Shown here: piece after piece, positions 1-11,299 of the stretch
Layout of the letters: the number at the start of each line of letters is the position of its first letter
Numbering within the stretch: the first letter of the stretch is position 1
NCBI RefSeq assembly: GCF_006345805.1
Contig: NC_043000.1
Span: 81,282,001-81,346,000 of the forward strand
Origin: Octopus sinensis
Taxonomy: Eukaryota
Reading direction: 5' to 3'
Length of the DNA: 64,000 nucleotides
Notes under the pieces: generated by a model
Seen by the model: only the letters and a program-made list of their open reading frames with translations
Databases searched by the model: none
Told to the model about the DNA's origin: nothing
Program-made: the position numbers and the translations under genes

Positions 1-155
1 GTCTAGCAATGGGGAAATTTTACCTTACTTAGAAAAAGGTAAGGGTTAGTGACAAGAAAGACAGCTGGCCATAGAAAATCCACCTCAACAAATTCTATTT
101 GATCCAAGCAAACATTGAAAAGTGGATGTTAAAACAGCAATGAATATGATGATGC
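1..155 (+). mobile_element. 3' end of a SINE/RTE-tail retroposon (truncated by window edge)
   Basis: Ends in AAAGTGGATGTTAAAAC followed by a (GAT)n-like tail; similar to 6030-6090 and 49700-49820. Confidence 0.55.
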
Positions 156-224
156 TAATGAATAATGTTAGATGACAGCATCAGTAGCTAGTCTCTCTGA
201 TAGTTTTAACTAGGCTAGTTTCTC

Positions 225-830
225 TTTCTTTCTTCTATTCATTTTCTACATTCAACAACCGCTTGTAATTGTATTTCTAAACATCTTTTTCCTCAGCATC
301 AGTGTAGGTAAGTGTGGTACAGTCATTCTGAAAATACTTTTCTCAAGTGAAATCTTGATTTCCTTTGACATAAAATCTGGATCGTCAACACCCCTGATCC
401 TCTGTTTGTTATATATCAGCAAACCTTTTACTTTCAGGTGCTTTCTGAGTTCTCTATACTTGATGTCTAGTCTCACTTTTGGCTCCTTTTTCCACTTTTC
501 TTCCAATCTTTCTCGAGCTGATTCTTAGCTTTTATGGCTGTTTACTGTACAATTCGACAAACATATCATCTTTCTTCCAGCTGGACCCTTGCTCCAAGCA
601 CAGATCAGGTCATTGTTTCACAACAGGAGACTTTGTAGAAATTTCTAATTGTCCTCTATGTTATAAAATCTCTAATTCCTCATCCTTTTTGTCATATATA
701 CAAGTTAAAACATCCTTGAACTTCCTTCTAGCTGAGAGAACTTTCAGTTTCCATTTTCCTGTCTCAGATAATATGGTCTTGTATTTCTGAGTTCATCTCA
801 CTCCTATTCTAAAGTCACTAATCACTATTT
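225..830 (-). mobile_element. Decayed RTE-clade LINE fragment (endonuclease-RT linker)
   Basis: Minus frames give VISDFRI, AIKAKNQLEKDWKKSG, KRFADI and YVKGNQDFT*EKYFQNDCTTLTYTDAEEKDV*KYNYKRLLNVENE; the end overlaps the start of the RTE peptide at 43810-44115 (LNLENVSEKE); stops and frameshifts. Confidence 0.7.
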
Positions 831-1175
831 GTTGTTGAGCAGTTCATTCTTCACCGGGAAAGACTTAGCATTCACAACAATCTATCTATACTATTTTCTA
901 GTGAATATGCAGTCTCATATATGTGCACGCGCACACACACACATCTTTACCTCTAAGTGTTGATCTTTATCTTGAAACACTGCTACATTTCTCAACAAAT
1001 CTTTGCCAGATTTTGCAGGGAGATTCAGATGCAGCTCTGAATGATGTTTAAACAGAATCCTAGGTCCAGAGTTCCCTCGGGATAAAACCGGGATGAAACA
1101 AGAAAGGAGATATAAAGAGATGAAATTTGTAATGGAGTAGAATTAGAGAAACCAAAGTGATCTTCTGATTGGGAG

Positions 1176-1475
1176 ATCCTGGCTCCCAAATGTAACATCG
1201 TGAATGATATTAATGCTTCCTTATTCAACAGCTACCATCCCAATGTAATCAGGGCAAGTAATTTCACACTATTATGGATGTTAACAATATTGCTAACTAT
1301 CCAACAAAGTTTCTCAATTCTTTACTGCTCACTGCTATCTCTTTTCACATTCTGCAACTGAAAATTGGAGCACCCATTATGTTACTATGAAATTTTGATG
1401 CACTGAAATTCTTGTATGATTCACTATCAAAACTCTTATGCACTTTGCAATCAAAGTCACCATTAGGACAAGTTT
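1176..1475 (+). mobile_element. Helitron-type PIF1 helicase pseudogene fragment
   Basis: ILAPKCNIVNDIN at 1176; NYPTKFLNSLLLTAISFHILQLKIGAPIMLL*NFDALK from 1295; IKTLMHFAIKVTIRT; matches PIF1/RepHel motifs YPxEFLNSL...HxLxLKVGAPIMLLRN. Confidence 0.8.
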
Positions 1476-2019
1476 TTGGAAAGAAATTTAACAAATCGGT
1501 AAACCCAATTATCTGTTTCCAATCTTCAGACAGTTATGAAAATGGATCATAAAATTGGTACTGAAGACGTTTTAGTGGAGACTTTTGATTATCATGACTT
1601 GCATTGAGTGAATAAAATTGGACTAAAGGATTATCTTGGTTTGCAGTATAACCATTATTGGAAAATAAATGTGTAGAAAGAGGTGAAGACTTGCCACTTA
1701 GATAACTGAAAAAAGGAACCTGTGTAAATATGCAGATATAAGCAAGTGTAAAAAAAAAAGGAATTTCAAGATTACAAGTGTATAAGGAATTATTATGCAG
1801 TAGAAACAACTAGAAAAATATAAAAATGAATGATATTACAAGAAAATGAAAAACAGGAAAGAAGAGAAAAGGAGACAAGAATGGTGATGAAAAATCTGTT
1901 CTGAACAAAATGTCCTGGAGATTATCTGTTGAGTGGTATATATCTAGTTACATGATAAATATTTAGAGGAAGTCTGTCAGTCAGATCCCAACATTTCAGA
2001 CATTATATATATAGAGACC

Positions 2020-2273
2020 ACACTGTAAAGTGCTTGACGTTCGGAAGAGCATCCAGCTGTAAGAACCTTGCTAAAACTGACCATGCCTGTGCTTGTGCCA
2101 CATAAAAAGCATTAAGTCTATTCTGCTGAGTTGTTGGTGTTAGGAAGGGCATCCAGCTGTTAAAAAGCAGTCATAGAAGTCTGGTGCAGGCTTCAGTTTG
2201 GCCAGCATTTGTGGTACTGTCCCACCCATGCTAGCATGGAACACAGACGTTAAATGATGATGATGATGATGAT
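2020..2273 (+). mobile_element. RTE-LINE 3' UTR/tail fragment
   Basis: TTGGTGTTAGGAAGGGCATCCAGCTGT...CCCATGCTAGCATGGAA...GACGTTAAA(TGA)n; same tail follows the RTE C-terminus at 41420-42020. Confidence 0.75.
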
Positions 2274-2529
2274 GAGATTTTTGAATGGTATATCTCAAAG
2301 TACATATATAAAGCTATAAATAATAGCATGTAAATATTGGGTTGAAAAACCCTTTTGGATTGAGAAATTTGAAGGTTCAATGCATGTGCTTCAAGATACA
2401 CAATTCCAAAAAAGAAATATTTCACATTCCCCAAAAATTTTTTTGATTCTTATGATGTGCATGCGTTTATATATATATCACAAGGTCTTTTCTCCTATTT
2501 TGAAGAGAGGTTATTAAATACTGGCCATT

Positions 2530-2591
2530 AGGGTCTGATGAGATATGTATAAAGTTAAGTGCTTTATGGAGCCGAAACCCTGGATAACCTT
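2530..2591 (+). ncRNA. Type I hammerhead ribozyme-like motif, family A (PLE/retrozyme-type)
   Basis: AGGGT-CTGATGA-[stem II containing ATAAAG/CTTTAT]-GAAA-CCCTGGA-TA-ACCT; the related copy at ~13400 reads GAAGCCCTGGGTAACCCC. Confidence 0.6.
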
Positions 2592-2620
2592 ATGAACCAG
2601 CCATAACTAACATTCTATGA

Positions 2621-2656
<36 letters not shown>

Positions 2657-2979
2657 TTTCACATGCTAACGTTAGTTACATGAATATACTGTTATGGTAC
2701 TTTTTAACATCCAGATGCTCTTCTTGATACTAATCCTTATCTGATTTTCAAGTAAGGCATCTGTTATACCATAGAGTTTCAAAAGCACAAAGTGAGTAGA
2801 CAAGTCATTTGCAGGAAGAGTATAACTATAATAACATGACTTCACTGTCAACTTACAGATAAGAAAAGACAGATGTAAATGCACACACATGCATGCACAC
2901 ACATCCACATACACATGCATGCATGCATTGTACACACATACACGAACACATGCACCTAGAAATATTTATATGGTGAGCT

Positions 2980-3125
2980 TCCTTCAGTTTCTTTCTTTAA
3001 AATTCACTTACAAGACTTTGGATGGTCTGGGCTACAGCCAAAGACACTCAATGTGTTCCACAGAGGGACTGAACTTGAAATCATGTGGTTGGCAAGCAGA
3101 TTTTTTAACCACACTGCCATGCCTG
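2980..3125 (-). mobile_element. tRNA-derived SINE (OK-like), 5' half, diverged
   Basis: Similar to the head and body of the full copies (TTCAGTTT...GGGACTGAAC...CATGTGGTTGGCAAGCA...ACCACAC). Confidence 0.65.
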
Positions 3126-3189
3126 TCCCTCTAGCATACTTTAACCTCTGACTGCCTGGCATAAAGTCACTTCCTTCAATACCATACTT

Positions 3190-3354
3190 CAGTGGTTCAC
3201 AGTCTGTGGTCTGCAGGCTCCTGGTGGTTTGCAAAGGTAATACAGGGGGTTCATGAACTTGTTAAGCTGACACATCTTTCAATATCCTGGGGTCCGTGGG
3301 AAAACTCCTTTAAATAAAAGGGGTCCTTGGTAATGAAAAAGTTGGGAACCACTG
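3190..3354. mobile_element. hAT-type MITE (165 bp)
   Basis: TIRs CAGTGGTTC.../...GAACCACTG; exact 8-bp TSD CCATACTT at 3182-3189 and 3355-3362. Confidence 0.9.
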
Positions 3355-3399
3355 CCATACTTCCTCAGTTGAGGAGTCTGGTCTTACAGGCGACTTGAT

Positions 3400-3586
3400 A
3401 ACCTCAGTAGTACTAGTGTCTTGTAAAAAGCACCCAGTACACCCTGTAAAGTGGTTGGTACAAAGTGAGTCATCCAGCTGTAGAAACCATGCTCAAGGCA
3501 TTGTGCCTTAGTACAGTCCTCTGACTTGCCAACTGTTGGGCTATCCAGTTCATGCCAGCATGGAAAACAAATGTTAAATGATGATG
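3400..3586 (+). mobile_element. RTE-LINE 3' tail fragment
   Basis: GTAAAAAGCACCCAGTACAC...CATCCAGCTGTAGAAACC...GCCAGCATGGAAAACAAATGTTAAATGATGATG. Confidence 0.7.
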
Positions 3587-5043
3587 CTATATATATTATC
3601 TGTGTGTGTATGTAAAGGTATGCACAGACAAAAAATACACATATATATGTGTAGGTGGAAGACTGGTCACATAAAATACTTTGTGACATATGTTCTATTC
3701 CTCTGTGCTCTGAGTTGATATGTCACTGAGGTTAACTGTTCTGTTCATCCTTTTGGGGATTGATCAGGTTCTCCAAAATTGTTGGAAATAAGTTGAAGTC
3801 ATCCTCGAACAAAGACTTGAAGCTGCTCCAAATACTTGCAAAATATAAACAAACTCTGCTAATGTGGTACTGTTTACCAGGTGATAATTTTAGTCTACTA
3901 CTCAAGAACTCTGAACACAAAGCTCTTGAAGAAATACTCCAAAGCATCTAGTCTGATGCTTGGACAATTCTACCAGTCCATAGTCTTCACTGATACTTTA
4001 TTTTATTGACCCACTGGAAGGATAAAAGTGAGGATGATTACAAAGTGATTTAAATTTAGGGTGCAAAGAACTGGAACAAATACCACTAGGTACTTTGTCC
4101 TATGTTCTAAAAATCTTACCAATTGTTATGACCTTGGACCCTTAGATGAAGAGGTTCTGGTTGTTCTAGTTCTTTTCATTCGCTCTTCAAATTCTACATT
4201 GGGTTGCAAATACCACAGGTAGCTAGGGCTGTTCACTCTGCCACCAATGTGTGGAAGAGGAGGATTGTGAGTTTTTTTGTTAATGTAACCAAATGATAAT
4301 GACAATGGTGGTAGTGATGGTGGTGGTGGTGGTGTGAAGACAATGATGGTGGTTGTGGTAAGCTGCTGATGGTGGCACGAGTGAAGATGATAGTCATAGT
4401 ACTGGTCATAGCTATGGTAGTAATAATGAGGAGTAAAAAACTTTCTTTCCTATCAGCTGCCATGAAAATCAGTAAAAATTTTGAGAAAAGTAGATCTTAC
4501 ATCTGGCATAGTATTACATTTTATATCTATCATAATGTTACTGTCTTGCATCTGTCACAGTGTTCAGTCTTATGTCTGTCACAATATTAGGTCTTATTTA
4601 TTTTTCAATACTTTTTCTTACTATAGCCAAAATGTATCTCATATTTAACATAATATAGGTCTCAGTCCCATCATAATGTGTGTTTTATAAGTACCATAAG
4701 TCTTGTCATAATGTTGGATTCCCTGTCATAAGGCAAAATAAAGATCAGTGAAAATATATGTCATAAAACCTGTCCATACTTTAGGGATATTAGAAGAAAT
4801 CTGTTATGGCAGTAAAGTGGTGGTAATGGTGATGGTGAAGGTAGTAGTGGTGGTGTGGAGTGACAGTGGTAGGATGGTGGTGGTGGTGGTAGTGCGAACA
4901 GTGATCTGGTGTCATCTCAGCTGTTATACTGGAATGATACACAACCAACATTCTGGATGGAATGTGAAATTGCAGACATACTCAACCCAAACTAGCTAGG
5001 GATATAGCAGTTATGATAGTGTTGAAAACAAATATATATTCTT

Positions 5044-5047
<4 letters not shown>

Positions 5048-5107
<60 letters not shown>

Positions 5108-5147
5108 TTCTCTCTTTCTCTCTCTCTCTTTCTGTCTCTCTTTCTCT
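5048..5147. repeat. (CT)n microsatellite
   Basis: Direct observation. Confidence 0.95.
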
Positions 5148-5729
5148 TGAACTAACACAATTGTTTGCTAGAGAGGTTTTAAGTCCAATTTATTTTTATT
5201 GTTGTTGCTTTTCTCTTTTATCTGGTGCCAAAGGAAACCCAATCAGATCAATAAGGTCTTTGATAAATATCGATTTACTATTGTTTTGCTTTATTTTCTT
5301 GTATTTTTTATTTTCTTCTCCCTTTCAATTTCCTCTTTATTCTCTCTCTCACTCAGACAATGCTTTATATTTACTTGAAAAACTAAGAGTTACTAAAAGA
5401 CACTAGAAATGGGATGAATGAAAGAGAGAGAAAATTAAAGAGAATATACTTCAAAACCCCATCAAAAAAAGGGGTCAGCTTTACAGTTCATAGCTTTGTG
5501 CCATGAATTAGATGGTTCTGGAGAGCTAATAATGTTTACTTTCTATCTTTTCTAGTCTGACTAAACAAGCAGAAACTATATACATATATGTATATGTGAG
5601 AATCAACCAAAATTTATATATGTATGTATAATGAGTGTGTATAAGTGTCCCCTTCACAATGTGTAGGTGTACATACACACATATCATAATAATGATTTTA
5701 CATCCCCGTTTCCATGCTTGCATAGATCA

Positions 5730-6100
5730 GGCAGAACCATAGCTGTGTGGTTAAGAAGCTTACTTTCCAACCATGTGATCTTGGGTTCAGTTCCACTGCA
5801 CAGTTTCTTGGGCAAATGTCTTCTACTATCGCTCCAGATAAATCAAAGTCTTGTGAGTGGTTTGGTAGACAGAAACTGTGTGGAAATTCATTTGTGTGTG
5901 TGTGTGTGTCTGTGTGTGTGTGTGTGGTGTACATGCATATTTCTGTGCTTCCTTGTCTTCATATCATGTGTGTGTCCCTGTTGTACCAACGATGTTGATA
6001 GTTTCCAATCGCCCATGAAAACCATGATGGCCATAGGAAATATTACCTTGCTTGGAAACAGGTGAGGTTTGGTAACAGGAAGAGCATTACTTCAGTAAAT
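5730..6100 (+). mobile_element. tRNA-derived SINE (OK-like head, different 3' half)
   Basis: A-box-like AGCTGTGTGGTTAAG, B-box GGTTCAGTTCC, internal (GT)n, 3' CCTTGCTTGGAAACAGGTGAGG. Confidence 0.7.
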
Positions 6101-6389
6101 TCTCTCTGGCCCCAATATGTGTGTGTGTGTGTATAAAATTTTAGCTTTTCAACTGCCAGTTAGATAACAGGAAAGCTTACAGAGTGGATAGTTTCATCTG
6201 TAACAGATGCACAGCATTAGTTAGCAATAAGAATACATGGGATATAAATTTCTTAAAATGCTTTGAAGGCTTACTAGAAGTAGCTGATAGCAAATGTTAT
6301 CTACATGATTGAATTAGCAGTAAAGCTGGATCTTCCAGAAGCAGCAGAAATAAAAACACCAGCAGCACCAACAACATAAGGACACATAC

Positions 6390-6970
6390 ATGAAAATATG
6401 TTGGATCAACAAAGGGCCCCTTTAAGTTGCGACTTAAAAAACCACAAGTTCTCCTTTAGGATCCCTGAGAAGCACATTATATCTTTGACCAGCTACATGT
6501 GGCATTTAAAAGAAAAGGGAACATCATATAGGATTAAACAGAAGCTTCTGGAGCAGCCTGGACCATACCTAAATGGAAGTAGATGATGCAAGCTTTGCTT
6601 AACTGAGAAAGCAAGAATTCTAAAAAATTCACTTGATATGAGTGCTGTCATGACAGAAAATTTGTGTTGGAGAAATGAGCTTCCCTGCTTGCAGACTAGT
6701 GAATGGAAAACGTACATAAACTGACCCTTATCAGCCATAGCTGAAACCATACAAAGTGAGATAACTCCATCTCTCCCAGAAGAGGTTTTTGCGTTGAAGA
6801 ATTCTGTTTCATTTTTTCACCTTTATGCTGATAGGACTGTATTTTTACCTCCATTAGTAAAAAGGTTATGCACTTCCAGACAATAGGCATGGTGAATTGC
6901 CTATATTGCTAAGAGCAATGATAGGTATGAAACCAATGGTGATTTTCTAACTGCTGGCCATAACCAACAG
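6390..6970 (+). mobile_element. Penelope-like element 3' fragment (GIY-YIG endonuclease, Naiad-like) with degenerate HHR
   Basis: YVGSTKGPFKLRL/KNHKFSFRIPEKHIISLTSYMWHLKEKGTSYRIKQKLLEQPGPYLNGSR*CKLCLTEK; downstream hairpin followed by TGAAACCAATGGT at 6886-6942. Confidence 0.8.
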
Positions 6971-7045
6971 CTACATAAAATATTACTGGCCAAAAGGATG
7001 TTTTAGAGTGAGCTTTTTTTCAGACTTATGAACAGCTAACAAATT

Positions 7046-7076
<31 letters not shown>

Positions 7077-7077
7077 A

Positions 7078-7285
7078 GGTTAATCCAAACAGGAAAACAG
7101 AAAAAACAACAACACGTGGAACAATTACAGTATTATTATTATTAGGCGCTCAGGAAAATGGAAGAAGGAGGGTATGACGTTTCGAGCGGAGCTCTTCGTC
7201 GGAAACATAGGAGAAAGAAAGATCCCGAGACGGGAGGACAGAGGAAAAAAAAAAAAATTGCAGGTAGTCTTCACAAGGTCACATA

Positions 7286-7288
<3 letters not shown>
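7078..7288 (-). mobile_element. PLE pseudo-LTR-like repeat inserted in (TA)n, carrying a minimal HHR
   Basis: CpG-rich segment flanked by (TA)n; HHR motif at 7172-7206. Confidence 0.65.
7172..7206 (-). ncRNA. Minimal type I hammerhead ribozyme motif, family B
   Basis: Minus strand GTTT-CCGACGA-A-GAGC-TCC-GCTC-GAAA-CG-TC-ATAC; PLE-type minimal HHR with U4C and one stem I mismatch. Confidence 0.7.
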
Positions 7289-7342
<54 letters not shown>

Positions 7343-7411
7343 TTTAAAGTGGTGCTCAAGCATAGCACAGTTAAATGACTGAAACAAGTAAAAGAATATA
7401 TATATATATAA

Positions 7412-7587
7412 TTTTATCTTTTTCTTGTTTCAGTCATTTGCAGATCTTAGTCAAAGAAATTGACACCAGTACTTATTCGTCATTTATTCTATCGGTCAAC
7501 TGGTTAAGTGGTGGGGCTGTAAACAAGCCAATGCCATCTGTCAAGTGGTGGTAGGAGACAAACACAAAGACATATGTGCAAATACAT

Positions 7588-7632
<45 letters not shown>

Positions 7633-7795
7633 CATGCAATGGCTATTTTCAGTTTCTATTTACTAAATCTACTCACAAGACTTTGGTTGGCCTGGGACCA
7701 TAGCTGAAAACACTGGCTCAAGATGCCATGAAGTGGGACTGAACTTGGAATCATGTGGTTGGGAAGCAAACTTCTTACCACACAGCTACATCACT
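7412..7795 (-). mobile_element. tRNA-derived SINE (OK-like), diverged full copy
   Basis: Collinear with the copies at 14293, 24491 and 56705. Confidence 0.8.
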
Positions 7796-7854
7796 CTGTC
7801 AGTCTCTCTCTCTTTCTCTCTCTCTTTCTCTCACTCTCTCTCTCTCTCTCTCTC

Positions 7855-7901
<47 letters not shown>

Positions 7902-7915
7902 GATTCTTTCATTTC

Positions 7916-8220
7916 TGTTGTATCTGCTGTCTCCAGTGTTGTGGTATCACCACAATATTGTGACAGATGGTATTGACACACTGTATCAGGGAAGTAACAG
8001 TAAATAGGATAATGATGCAGCCGTAATAACAACGTAATGATCCAACAATCTCTTCATGAACCAACCATCAATATCCCAAACAAATTAACCAGCCAATACC
8101 TTCCAGCTTCACTGCTAACCCAACTTGAACTAACACACAAACTTCATTCTGACTGTTACTATTTATAATTGCTCAGTCCAGTCTGTTTCTCACAAGAGGT
8201 TGTCATGACTCATCACAACT
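7916..8220 (-). repeat. 3' LTR
   Basis: TGTTGTATC...CACAACT, direct repeat of 10910-11214; adjacent PPT. Confidence 0.9.
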
Positions 8221-8334
8221 TCTCCCCTTTTGAGATTTCGACTTCTGTAAGAAGTGAAATTTATTTTATTTTTTATTTTTCCTGCACCTCTCCCTCTCTC
8301 TTTTTTTAAATTTATTTTTAAAACTTACTCTTTT

Positions 8335-9547
8335 TCATTTTGGTATTATTTCTAAGTGTAGAGTCTGTTTCCTTTTTCTACTGCTGCTTCTACTGGGATC
8401 AATCTCTTTCAGTGCTAACACCTCAAACATGTCGTAGCAGACTTCCATTGGTATTTCCTTACATTTTTCAGTATGTCTCATCTTTAATTGATTTAGGTGT
8501 CTTTTATGTTGCCAACATTGTCCTTTAATTACATACATCATGTTTCCTAATCTTTTAGTTACAAAACCTTCCTTCCAGCCTTCTTTACCATTTAAAAAAA
8601 TGTTTAAATGAACTTTATCTCCTACTTCGAAATGTTTTGTTGCTTTTTCTGTATTTCCTTTAACTCCATTTTTCCCTGGTAATAATTTATCAAACAATTG
8701 ATTTTATTTTATGCACGAACATTAACTCTGCTGAAGACTTACCTGAACTGGTGTTCGGATTGGGCATTACTCGATATACCCTCAAGAATTTCATTAGCAC
8801 TTCATCAATACCTATGCCATTCCTTGCTGTTTTTAATGCTTGCTTGAAAGTATCATCAAATCTTTCTTCCTCCCCGTTTGACCTTGAGTGGTAGAGCAGA
8901 GTAAAAATATGCTTTATCACATGTTTTTAGCAGAAATTTTTGAATTCACTACCCATAAATTGTGTTCCATTATCTGATACCAACATGTCTGGAACACTGT
9001 ATCAAGTGAATAATTCATACAGAAATTTTATTTTTGTGTTTGTGGCTGGTTTATTGCACCTGAATACCTCTGGCCACTTTGTACTGCCATCAACAATGAT
9101 TATATATTATGAGCTGTTCACCAGTCCAGCATAGTCAATATATACCCTGGACCAGAATTGGTTTTTCAACAGTGGTGCTTTAGCTGCTAGCGCACAACCT
9201 CTACATAATTTTACGCAATTTTCAAAGTCCTGATCCATTGTCAGCCAATATACATAGTTCCTCATTAAGATTTTCATTCTCAACATTCCCAGGTGTCCAC
9301 TGCGGAACTCCTGCAATACTCATTTCTGTCGTACAGTTGGTATCACTACTCTTTGTGCATACATTAACACATCATCACATAGTGAAAAACTATTTGAATT
9401 TGTATTTTTATTTCGCTTATTTTTCAAAATTTTTTTCATTCTTGTAATGTAATTATCCTCTGCGGATTTCATTTTTATATCATGTGCTGTCACTGGCAGT
9501 TTGGGAATAACATTACACATAACGTTTTTAATGAACTCTTTCTTCAA
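8335..9547 (-). pseudogene. Gypsy integrase (zinc finger, catalytic core, C-terminus), frameshifted
   Basis: GHLGMLRMKILMRNYVYW..CVKLCRGC; WSRVYIDYAG; VSDNGTQF; YHSRSNGEEERFDDTFKQAL; GKSSAELMF. Confidence 0.9.
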
Positions 9548-9599
9548 TTCCGCTGCTGAGTTCTTTTCACTGGTGGGGCAGCCATTTAATTTTTTACAG

Positions 9600-10842
9600 T
9601 ACTAGCTTATTGGGAGATTCCATAAATCAAATAACTCCAACCAGTTGGTACCAAACAGATTGGTTGCATTTGTTACGATGAAAACTTTCACCTAGCAGGT
9701 TTTTGCCTTGAAATGTGACATCATTCTACATTTCACCTATCACACCACATGCAGTTTTCACTGTTTTTTTTAAATATAAGTTGCCCTATTTTCTTCCACA
9801 TGTTGGTGTTAATGATTGAAATGTCACCACTAGTTTCCAGTTGTAATTTAATATTTACTCCGTTAACTTTTATGTGTACAAATTTCCTTATTTGGGAGTC
9901 AGTTTTACTTTCTGCTGAGAGCAATTTAGAATTTTTTGCATTTGACCTTCATATTTTTGTTCTGCGGTGTGAACTCTTATGTCCAAATTTTTGACAACTG
10001 TAAAATTTTGGGTTTTTAAAAGGATAATCTTTTCTGAAATGTAGGCTTCTACATCTGTAACATGGATTAGGACCTAGCAATCTTCTTTGGTTATACTTTC
10101 TTGGTCAACATATCTGTATTTTTGCGAAATTCTTTTCTTGAATTTTTCCTACATCGTGTTTCAGGTTCACGATCCTTTGAAACTCTTCTGTAACAGTCTG
10201 CTGGGTTAAATCTTGGTTCATTTGTTCAAGTTTTGAAAGAATTCTTGCTCATATTTCTGTATCATCGTTTGCTATAAGGCCTTGTACAATATGTAGGCAC
10301 TTAAACATCTCAGGAGTAAGTTTTTTAAGTCCAAAACTTTAACAGATTCTGTTGACTGTTCCTGCATACATAATAAAGTCACCATCCTCTTTTTTAGTTA
10401 AATTCCAACACTATTCGAGTGTTAAATAGAGCATATTAGGCAGTAATTTGATTGTTTCCTGAAAACAAATTTCACTAGGCTTTTTGGGCAATATAAAATT
10501 ATAGTATTGTTCATGCTCAGACGGAGCTAATTTACATAATAATAACCTTACTTTTCCTTCATCCGACCATGTTTTGCAATCTTCCTTAAATATCTCCTCA
10601 CACCTCCTGTAGTACACTGCAAAAGTTATACCCTCCTCTGGGTTATAACTGAATTCTGTTATGGAGTTCAATACACCGTATGGTGAAAATGAATTTACTG
10701 CATTTTTGGACTTTTTTGCATATAGCTCCAATAATTGTTGTTGTTGTAGTTGTTGCTGTACTAGTTGCTTCTACAACTCCTGTTGCTGCTCTTGTTGTTG
10801 CTTTTGCAACTGCATCATAGAAGGTAATAGGTCATCCATCAT
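9600..10842 (-). pseudogene. Gypsy gag plus aspartic protease remnant
   Basis: Q-rich N-terminus, FSYNPEEGITF..YYRRCEEIF..KVRLLL..LPKKPSEICFQETIKLL; protease VNGVNIKLQLETSGDISIIN (LDTGSD-like) and NLFGTNWLELFDLW. Confidence 0.88.
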
Positions 10843-10909
10843 TCAACAATTTGTTTCATGAACAAATTATTAAATAACCTACATGAGCTTCGAAACCCTC
10901 ATCACCAGA

Positions 10910-11214
10910 TGTTGTATCCTCTGTCACCAATGTCGTAGTACCACCATAATATTGTGATGGATGGCTTTGATACATTGCATCAGTGTTGTAACAATAAACA
11001 ATCTAACAATGCAGCCGTAATAATAATGTAATGATCCATCAGTCTTCACAAACCAACAATCAATATTCCAAATGAACTAACCAACCAGCACCTTCTGACA
11101 TCACTGTGAACTCAACTCAAACTAACACACAAACTTCACTCTGACTGCTACTGTTTATAATCACTCAGTCCAGTCTATTTCTTGCAAGGGGGCATTATGA
11201 CTCTCATCACAACA
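10910..11214 (-). repeat. 5' LTR
   Basis: TGTTG...CAACA termini; adjacent PBS resembles the complement of a tRNA-Ser 3' end (TGGCGACGAGG after CpG decay). Confidence 0.9.
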
Positions 11215-11299
11215 GTTCCCATCTGCAAAATCCACTCACAAGGCTTTGATCAGCCTTGGGTTACAGTAGAAGACACACATATACATATACATATATATA

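Larger units (their letters stand above)
7916..11214 (-). mobile_element. Ty3/Gypsy (Mag/K02A2.6-like) LTR retrotransposon, decayed, RT-RNaseH deleted
   Basis: Two 305-bp LTRs; PPT AAAAGGGGAGA (8221-8231); PBS-like TGGTGATGAGGGT (10895-10907); gag, protease and integrase remnants; degenerate 5-bp TSD. Confidence 0.93.

Noticed and set aside
6584-6586. In-frame TGA next to CxxC in the Naiad-like PLE as possible selenocysteine
   Set aside because: It aligns with the Arg before CxxC (likely CGA to TGA), both Cys are present, the copy is frameshifted and no SECIS was recognised
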